Part shown: positions 58,224-64,000 of the stretch, piece by piece | How the letters are laid out: each line of letters opens with the position of its first letter | Numbering within the stretch: the first letter of the stretch is position 1 | Assembly (NCBI GenBank): GCA_964512045.1 | Contig: CAZEJK010000002.1 | Span: forward strand, 23,147-87,146 | Direction: 5' to 3' | Length of the DNA stretch: 64,000 nucleotides | From: an uncultured Thermoanaerobaculia bacterium | GTDB lineage: Bacteria > Acidobacteriota > Thermoanaerobaculia > Thermoanaerobaculales > Sulfomarinibacteraceae | Notes under the pieces: model-generated | Database searches by the model: none | Told to the model about the DNA's origin: nothing | Seen by the model: only the letters and a program-made list of their open reading frames with translations | Translations under genes and position numbers: made by a program

Positions 58224-59012
58224 TCAGGATTCCGGATTGAAGAGTCCCTCGGCCTCGTCGAGGGAGCAAACTTCAAATCCGAGCTGCCGCGCCCGACGGT
58301 GCTCGCGCTCCGTGTTGAACCCCCATCCAGCGAGGACGCAACGGACGCCGAGCTGAGCAACCGCCTCGAGGTGATTGACCTTGTCGTCGACGAACGTGAT
58401 GTTCGTGAACGAGACCGCGAAGGCGTCACGAATGTGCCGTAGATGAGCCCTCTTGTCGACGCCGGTATCCTTGTCCAGAACTCTCTCGTCGGGGAAGACC
58501 TCACCCAGACCGTACCCGTCGAGGAGGAGACGCACCGTGGCGGCGTCCTTGGCTGTCGCAAACGCCATTGGCGTCTCACGATGTCGTCTCAGGAGCTCAA
58601 TCATCTCTGGATATGGCCTGGAGAGCGAGAGCCATCCGTCCAGGTCGCGCTGTCGGTGGGCGTTCCGCTGTTCGTAGAACGTCCGGTGGTACCGATCGAG
58701 CCATGCTCGGGGGATCCCAGCCATGTACCGGTCGTACTGCTGCTGCCTGTCGACGTCGGCTCCGCGGTCCAGGATTCGAAAAGCGACCCCAAAGTCCTCG
58801 GCCCGGTTGCCCAGGGGGATCAAATCGAGAAGACCGCGAAACAGCGGATCCGACGAGAAGTCGTGGTGTTCGGGATGCTCCATCCCGCGGCACGGGTGAT
58901 CCGAGAGCCGGCTCGAGGGCTCGAGGTGTAGATAGGCGCCAAGACCCGTCACGAAGCACTCGCGCGCGCTGTTGGAGACCACACCGTCGAAGTCGAGAGC
59001 GAGAAACACCAT
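58224..59012 (-). CDS. HAD-superfamily hydrolase
   Basis: The ATG at 59012 follows AAGGAG. MVFLALDFDGVV is HAD motif I (DxDG), FATAKD fits motif II and FVDDKVNH fits motif IV. Confidence 0.75.
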   Translation of the reverse strand: MVFLALDFDGVVSNSARECFVTGLGAYLHLEPSSRLSDHPCRGMEHPEHHDFSSDPLFRGLLDLIPLGNRAEDFGVAFRILDRGADVDRQQQYDRYMAGIPRAWLDRYHRTFYEQRNAHRQRDLDGWLSLSRPYPEMIELLRRHRETPMAFATAKDAATVRLLLDGYGLGEVFPDERVLDKDTGVDKRAHLRHIRDAFAVSFTNITFVDDKVNHLEAVAQLGVRCVLAGWGFNTEREHRRARQLGFEVCSLDEAEGLFNPES

Positions 59013-59040
59013 GCAGCTCCTTGAACCTCGATCTTCAGCG

Positions 59041-60021
59041 CTACAGTGAGATGATGCCAGCGGAGACTGCCGCCCAGGCAACGACGCAGATCAGTAACGG
59101 TCGGTCAGTGACGAGAGCGCGCGTCGGGCTGTCGCCCAGGTCGCGCGTATGGAGCAGGAACAGGTACCGAAAGAGCCCGTACAGCACGAACGGGACGGTT
59201 GCCATCAAGGCCTCGGAGCCCACATTTGCGACGGTGCCCGGTGCGACAGTGTACAGGCAGTAGGCCACCACCGTTGCCCCGAGCACCACGCTGATTGTCT
59301 GATCCACGACTGGCAACGTGTAGCTGTGAAGAACCGGACGATGCCCGCCTGCACCGTCGCCGAGGAGCAGCAGCTCTGCGCGCCGCTTGCCGAGGGCGAG
59401 ATACAGGGCGAGCAAGAACGCGCACAACAATAGCCAGTGCGAGACTGGTACCGGGATGACCGCGGCGCCTCCGACGACCCGCAGGACGAAACCGGCGGCA
59501 ACGACCATGACGTCGACGAACACGGCGTTCTTGAAGAGCGTGGAGTAGAGTGTGGTCATCGCCAGGTAGCCGATGAGTACGGATGGAAACCAGCCATCCA
59601 GTGCCAGGGCCCCAGCAACCGCTGCGAAGATCAGGGCAGCAGCAAGCGCCAGCGCGAGCGAGACCGACACTGCACCGGAGGCGATCGGTCGGTCGCGCTT
59701 GACTGGATGTGCGCGGTCGGACCTACGATCAATGACATCATTGATCAGGTAGGTGGCCGAGGACGCCATGCAGAAGGCTACCGCAGCCCCCAGGGTGCGG
59801 ACGACGGCGCCCACGTCATCGAGCTGTCCAGCGAACACGAGCGGAGCGAGCACGAAGCCGTTCTTCAGCCACTGCTCTGGCCGAAGACTGCGCATCAGCT
59901 GTGCCGAGAACCGTTGGTTCAAAACGTCTGGTCGGGACACGAAGCGATTGTAGCCGAACCGGACTCGTGAGTTCACAACGGGGTTGCGCAGCTCAGATTC
60001 GTTGGTTCTGTGTGCGGTCAT
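59041..60021 (-). CDS. UbiA-family prenyltransferase resembling decaprenyl-phosphate phosphoribosyltransferase
   Basis: LRPEQWLKNGFVLAPLVFAG and YLINDVIDRRSDRAHPVKRDRPIASG match the DPPR-synthase subgroup of the UbiA family; the protein is polytopic. The start is uncertain, with an alternative ATG at 59895 (MRSLRPEQW). Confidence 0.8.
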   Translation of the reverse strand: MTAHRTNESELRNPVVNSRVRFGYNRFVSRPDVLNQRFSAQLMRSLRPEQWLKNGFVLAPLVFAGQLDDVGAVVRTLGAAVAFCMASSATYLINDVIDRRSDRAHPVKRDRPIASGAVSVSLALALAAALIFAAVAGALALDGWFPSVLIGYLAMTTLYSTLFKNAVFVDVMVVAAGFVLRVVGGAAVIPVPVSHWLLLCAFLLALYLALGKRRAELLLLGDGAGGHRPVLHSYTLPVVDQTISVVLGATVVAYCLYTVAPGTVANVGSEALMATVPFVLYGLFRYLFLLHTRDLGDSPTRALVTDRPLLICVVAWAAVSAGIISL

Positions 60022-62290
60022 GGTTGGCCGGCAAGGCTACGACTACCGATCAAGCGTGCTGCAGTATACTCGTTTCAAGGATGGTCATACTCTGAGCGAT
60101 TCCGTTGCGTCGAGGTACAGGATCTTGGCCGTCGATGATGACGAGGCGGTCCGACTTCTGTATGCCGCGATCCTCAGCCCGCAGGACGATGACCCACAGG
60201 ACATCGCACGGTGGCCGTACGATCTGATGCTGTGTGCGGGTGCAGAGGAGGCGGTGCGTGCGTGCCAGGCGGCTCGCGATGCAGGAGCACCGTTCGTGGT
60301 GGCGTTCCTCGATCTCCTGATGCCACCGGGACCCGACGGAGTATGGGCGGCCGAGCAGATGCGCGCCGTGGATCCTGATGTTCACTTCGTGTTCGTGACA
60401 GCGCACGCAGAGGTCCATCCGGTGGATATCGGACGGCGCGTACCACCACAGGAGAAGATCCTGTACGTCCAGAAGCCGCTCCAACCGCTCGCGATTCAAA
60501 GCTTCGCAGCGTCTTTGGGGGCGAAGTGGCACGCCGAGCGACAGCTCGAGGAGGCCAAGGATCGCCTTGAACAGCTTGTCGAGGCGCGGACCGAGGAGCT
60601 GCGAAGCAGCGAGGCGATGCTCGCCCGAGCAGAGAAGATGGCCCACCTCGGTAGCTGGCGATACGACCCTGGCGTGGACCGGGTGGAGTACTCGGAGGAG
60701 GTGGGTCGGATCGTAGGTCGGCCCGCCGAGCTTCTGCCGCACAACATGGACGGGTTCGTGGCCCTCGCACATCCCGACGACCAAAATGAGCTCCACCGGT
60801 GGCTGGACGATAGCCTGTGGGATACCAGGGGCCTGTTCGATATCGAGCACCGCGTCGTGCGACCGGACGGGGTCGAGCGGATCGTGCGCCAGCTCATTCG
60901 GGTGGTTCGCGACGAGCAAGGACGGGCGATGGAGGTGCTCGGCGCCGTACAGGACCTGACCGAGCTGCGCCGGAGCGAGGAGCAGATCGCGTTCCAGGCG
61001 TACCACGATGCGTTGACGGGGCTGCCGAACCGGAGACTCCTCAAAGATCGTCTCGGTGTTGCGCTGCCTCATGCGCGCCGTCGTGGCAAGGGTTTGGCGG
61101 TGCTGTTCATCGACCTCGATGACTTCAAGATCGTCAACGACAGCCTGGGTCACTCAGCCGGCGATGTTCTGCTGCAGTCGGTCGCGAAGCGCCTGTCTGA
61201 CATCGTCCGGGACGAGGACACCGTGGCCCGACACGGAGGAGACGAGTTCGTGATCGTGCTTCAGGATGTGGCTGGTCCGAACGATGCGGTGTACTTCGCA
61301 GAAAGGACTCTGCACGCGCTCGCGGCGCCGCATCGCATCAAAGGCCGCGAGGTGATTCTGGAGGGGAGCATTGGTATCACCCTGTACCCGGAGGACGGTA
61401 ACGATCCCGATGTCTTGATCGCCAACGCGGATATCGCCATGTACCGTGCGAAGGAGCTCGGGCGTGGGTCGTACAAGCTGTTTACCCCGGCAATGAACGT
61501 CCAGGTTTTGGAGCGTCTCGAGCTCGAGGGGAGCCTTCGCAGCGCACTCAAGAACGACGAGTTCGTCGTGCACTATCAGCCGATCTTCCCTGTGGACAGC
61601 GATCGACCGGTTGCGGTGGAAGCGCTTGTTCGCTGGAATCGCCCCAGGGTTGGCATGGTCTGGCCGAGCCAGTTCATCCCGCTGGCCGAGGAGACCGGGC
61701 TGATCATACCGATCGGAGACTGGGTCTTACGGACGGCATGTGCCGACTGCGTCCGCTGGCGCTCAACGGGGGCTGAGGAGCTTGTGGTTTCCGTCAACCT
61801 GTCGCCGCGACAGTTTCAGGACAAGGAGCTGCTCGACAAGGTCAGCAGGGCACTGAAGGAGACCGATCTGCCGGCGGAGGGTCTGTGCCTGGAGATCACC
61901 GAGGGCGCGGTGATGCACGACGTGGAGAACGCCATCAGGACGATGAACGAGCTCAACGCGCTCGGTGTCTCATTGTCCATGGACGACTTCGGACGGGGCT
62001 ACTCGTCTCTCTACCATCTGAAGCGGTTCCCGATCACGACGATCAAGATCGACCACGGATTCGTTGGAGACCTGACGATCCGGCCAGAGGACATGTCGAT
62101 CGTCTGCGCCATCATCTCGATGGGACGAAGCCTGAACCTGAGCGTGGTCGCCGAAGGTGTGGAGACTGCCGAGCAGCTGGAGTTTCTCCGAGGCCAGCGC
62201 TGCGATCGGATTCAGGGCTTCATGGTGGGCAAGCCCGTGGGGTTTGATGAGGTGAGCCGTGTCATCGAGGGCCGGGGAAGCCTGAAGTAG
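60020..62290 (+). CDS. REC - coiled coil - PAS - GGDEF - EAL signalling protein
   Basis: REC motifs: ILAVDDDEA, VVAFLDLLMPPGPDG, YVQKP. A PAS-like segment (HLGSWRYDP ... IEHRVVRPDG) follows. The GGDEF domain has RHGGDEFVIVL, and the EAL domain has EALVRW, DDFGRGYSSL and QGFMVGKP. The start is uncertain. Confidence 0.9.
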   Translation: MVGRQGYDYRSSVLQYTRFKDGHTLSDSVASRYRILAVDDDEAVRLLYAAILSPQDDDPQDIARWPYDLMLCAGAEEAVRACQAARDAGAPFVVAFLDLLMPPGPDGVWAAEQMRAVDPDVHFVFVTAHAEVHPVDIGRRVPPQEKILYVQKPLQPLAIQSFAASLGAKWHAERQLEEAKDRLEQLVEARTEELRSSEAMLARAEKMAHLGSWRYDPGVDRVEYSEEVGRIVGRPAELLPHNMDGFVALAHPDDQNELHRWLDDSLWDTRGLFDIEHRVVRPDGVERIVRQLIRVVRDEQGRAMEVLGAVQDLTELRRSEEQIAFQAYHDALTGLPNRRLLKDRLGVALPHARRRGKGLAVLFIDLDDFKIVNDSLGHSAGDVLLQSVAKRLSDIVRDEDTVARHGGDEFVIVLQDVAGPNDAVYFAERTLHALAAPHRIKGREVILEGSIGITLYPEDGNDPDVLIANADIAMYRAKELGRGSYKLFTPAMNVQVLERLELEGSLRSALKNDEFVVHYQPIFPVDSDRPVAVEALVRWNRPRVGMVWPSQFIPLAEETGLIIPIGDWVLRTACADCVRWRSTGAEELVVSVNLSPRQFQDKELLDKVSRALKETDLPAEGLCLEITEGAVMHDVENAIRTMNELNALGVSLSMDDFGRGYSSLYHLKRFPITTIKIDHGFVGDLTIRPEDMSIVCAIISMGRSLNLSVVAEGVETAEQLEFLRGQRCDRIQGFMVGKPVGFDEVSRVIEGRGSLK

Positions 62291-62302
62291 TCACAACAGG
62301 TG

Positions 62303-62332
62303 GCCGAGCGAGGTCGAGAGTACACGCTCGGC
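62303..62332 (+). terminator. hairpin downstream of the GGDEF-EAL gene
   Basis: GCCGAGCG / CGCTCGGC 8-bp stem with a 14-nt loop, 13 nt after the TAG at 62288-62290. There is no clear U-run. Confidence 0.3.
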
Positions 62333-62386
62333 GCCCCGAATCTGTTGCACTGATTTTCACTGCGTCGAGAGGACTCGAGGAGGGCC

Positions 62387-63295
62387 ATGGTCGTGAGAAC
62401 AGCCCAGGAGCAAGGCCTCCACTGCGGCACGCGTCGCCCAGGGTGCTGTCCGCCCCTTGGTGCGCACCTGTCGGTTGCTGGAGGTGTCTGGCGAGCGGTG
62501 GAGCGGGCAGCCGAGCTGGAATGTGACGCGCTGCAGATCTTCACCCAGGCCCCGAGCCGTTGGACCGGACCGCCGCTGCTTGAGGCTGACGTAGCGCGTT
62601 TTGGTCAGGCGCTGGCCGCGGCACGACTCGATGTGCGCAACGTCGTCATCCATGCGCCGTACCTGATCAACCTGGCGGCACGAGATCGAGCGTTGCGGCG
62701 GAGGTCCGTCGAGCTTCTGGTGGATCAGCTGGTGCGTGCCGATCGGTTGGGCGTGCCGTGGGTCGTTCTGCATCCCGGAGCGCACACGGGTGACGGTGTC
62801 GAGGAGGGAGTTCGCCGAGTTGTGGACGGTGTGGATGAGGCGCTTGGACGGAGCCGAGCGGCGCGCCTTCTGCTCGAGATGACGGCCGGACAGGGAAGCA
62901 CTCTCGGCTCCACCTTCGCGGAGCTTGGCGAGATGCTCGCCCTCCTGCCGCGAGAACGCACAGGCACGTGCTGGGATACGGCGCACCTCTGGGCCGCCGG
63001 CGTGGATCTGGCTTCAGAAACCGGGTATCAGCGGATGTGGCACGAGTTCGAGGTGGCGACCGGTCGGCAACATCCCGATGTGATCCATCTCAACGATACC
63101 GGCGTCGATCGTGGTGCGCGGCGGGACCGACATGAGCGGATCGGCTTCGGAGTGCTCGGTCCGGGGACGTTCGCACGCATCCTGAACGATTCCCGACTCG
63201 CCGACGTGCCGATGGTCCTCGAGACCCCGAAGGGTGACGATCAGATCAGCTGGGACCGCGAGGCGCTCGCTCTTCTCCGCTCTCTACTACGGTAA
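62387..63295 (+). CDS. nfo: deoxyribonuclease IV (endonuclease IV)
   Basis: The ATG follows GAGGAGG. It has LGAHLSVAGG, LQIFTQAPSRW, VIHAPYLINLA, VVLHPG, CWDTAHLWAAG and HLNDT, the Nfo metal-site pattern. Confidence 0.88.
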   Translation: MVVRTAQEQGLHCGTRRPGCCPPLGAHLSVAGGVWRAVERAAELECDALQIFTQAPSRWTGPPLLEADVARFGQALAAARLDVRNVVIHAPYLINLAARDRALRRRSVELLVDQLVRADRLGVPWVVLHPGAHTGDGVEEGVRRVVDGVDEALGRSRAARLLLEMTAGQGSTLGSTFAELGEMLALLPRERTGTCWDTAHLWAAGVDLASETGYQRMWHEFEVATGRQHPDVIHLNDTGVDRGARRDRHERIGFGVLGPGTFARILNDSRLADVPMVLETPKGDDQISWDREALALLRSLLR

Positions 63296-63318
63296 GCAGA
63301 CGAAGGTTCTCTAGCTGA

Positions 63319-63324
63319 TAGAAT
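63319..63324 (+). promoter_or_regulatory. candidate extended -10 (TGaTAGAAT), 6 nt upstream of the GTG at 63331
   Basis: The sequence reads cTGaTAGAATgacttgGTG with no SD. Confidence 0.4.
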
Positions 63325-63330
63325 GACTTG

Positions 63331-64000
63331 GTGGTTGAGCTCGGCGCATTTTCCGACAAGGCAGCGTTCTCTGACTGGCTTCGAGAGCTCGAGGTGGTTC
63401 GTCGTCTCAGCCGCTTCTACCCCGCGAACCACCCGGCTCTCGAGCCTGCGCTCGAGCGGTTCGCCGAGGCTGAGGCGTTTCTTGGTCGTGATCAGACCGT
63501 TCTCGAGGTTCGCCGGGATGCCTTCTTCCTCCGCGCAGAGGCGTTGACGTCTGTACGTCATCCGGCCCGGCAGCTGGCGCAGCAGCTGTTACGGGCCGGT
63601 GTTGTCGGTGTTGTGGTGGAACCACCGTTCGCAACGGAGGAAAGGACTGAGGCTGTTCAGATGCTAGCAGGGCTTCAGAAGCATCTGCGAGGCGAGGAGC
63701 GAAGAAGGTTCCTTGAGCAATCGAGGTCATTGCAGTCACTGAAGCTCATTCCCTTTTCCGAGGTGTTTGCGGTCGAACCCGGGGCGGCGAAGGCGAAGCA
63801 TCTTCTCGCGCTCCCAGGATCGGGGGTGCATGACCTCGTGAGCATCGCGGGAGTGACCTTCGGGGAGAGAGTTGGGGCGGGGGAGCTTCGAGCAGCTGCG
63901 GAGGCAATTGACCGTGCGCGCGATCCGTTCGGCTTGTTGACCGAGCTGGTGGACCACCTGGCTCAGCTGCTGCACCGCCACGAGGATGAGGGAGCCATTC
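63331..64000 (+). CDS. hypothetical protein, N-terminal part; the 3' end runs off the window
   Basis: Hand translation from the GTG at 63331 (or the TTG at 63328) stays open to the window end: VVELGAFSDKAAFSDWLRELEVVRRLSRFYPANHPALEPALERF... It is absent from the ORF track because no stop lies in the window. The N-terminal style is reminiscent of some HD/HD-GYP proteins, but I cannot support that. Confidence 0.45.
   Translation, partial: MVELGAFSDKAAFSDWLRELEVVRRLSRFYPANHPALEPALERFAEAEAFLGRDQTVLEVRRDAFFLRAEALTSVRHPARQLAQQLLRAGVVGVVVEPPFATEERTEAVQMLAGLQKHLRGEERRRFLEQSRSLQSLKLIPFSEVFAVEPGAAKAKHLLALPGSGVHDLVSIAGVTFGERVGAGELRAAAEAIDRARDPFGLLTELVDHLAQLLHRHEDEGAI

Noticed and set aside
60019-60022. 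Divergent UbiA-like and GGDEF-EAL genes appear to have overlapping start codons (CAT/ATG sharing two bases)
   Set aside because: This most likely reflects taking the longest ORFs. Neither start has an SD or a -10 box, and an internal start (59895 for the UbiA-like gene) would leave a normal divergent promoter region. It is reported as start uncertainty, not as biology.
1-64000. Search by eye for tRNA/rRNA genes, CRISPR repeats, IS/transposase or integrase genes, toxin-antitoxin pairs, reverse transcriptases (retron/DGR) and prophage genes
   Set aside because: None were recognised. All intergenic gaps are short (the longest is 456 bp) and no ORF shows the relevant motifs. A computational scan (tRNAscan-SE, Infernal/Rfam, ISfinder, DefenseFinder/PADLOC) would be needed to exclude small RNAs or cryptic defence genes.

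Overview
Visibly GC-rich bacterial chromosomal window, densely coded on both strands, with diderm hallmarks (lipoproteins, Tat signals, TssJ). I recognised no rRNA, tRNA, CRISPR array, transposase or integrase. All calls come from reading the supplied translations and sequence; no searches were run. Left to right: partial RumA-like methyltransferase; double FGE-sulfatase-domain protein; pyruvate dehydrogenase E1-E2 (aceEF); Hyd-2-type [NiFe] hydrogenase operon (hybOABCD order); long SDR; uppP; tricorn-like S41 protease; two small orphan genes. Next is a tandem pseudokinase plus active Ser/Thr kinase, followed by a type VI secretion half-locus (fha-tssJ-tssK-tssL-tssM-tagF-tssA). Then queG, an ABC exporter, PPi-type phosphofructokinase, NDH-2, a Cas4/AddB-like nuclease, hemolysin-III and an AI-2E transporter. 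A dense c-di-GMP and partner-switch signalling neighbourhood follows (CheY, Hpt-REC-REC-GGDEF, PilZ, REC-RsbW-like kinase, STAS-like protein, REC-PAS-GGDEF-EAL). It ends with an S41 peptidase, a UbiA/HAD pair, nfo and a partial gene. Most interesting: (1) the T6SS locus has only the membrane-complex and regulatory genes, with no sheath, tube, spike, TssEFG or ClpV anywhere in 64 kb; (2) its Fha protein appears to carry Clp_N-like repeats; (3) a pseudokinase/kinase pair sits directly upstream; (4) TAnnnT boxes lie 5-8 nt (five of them exactly 6 nt) before eight start codons, suggesting leaderless transcripts; (5) an HptB/HsbR/HsbA/HsbD-like signalling module.
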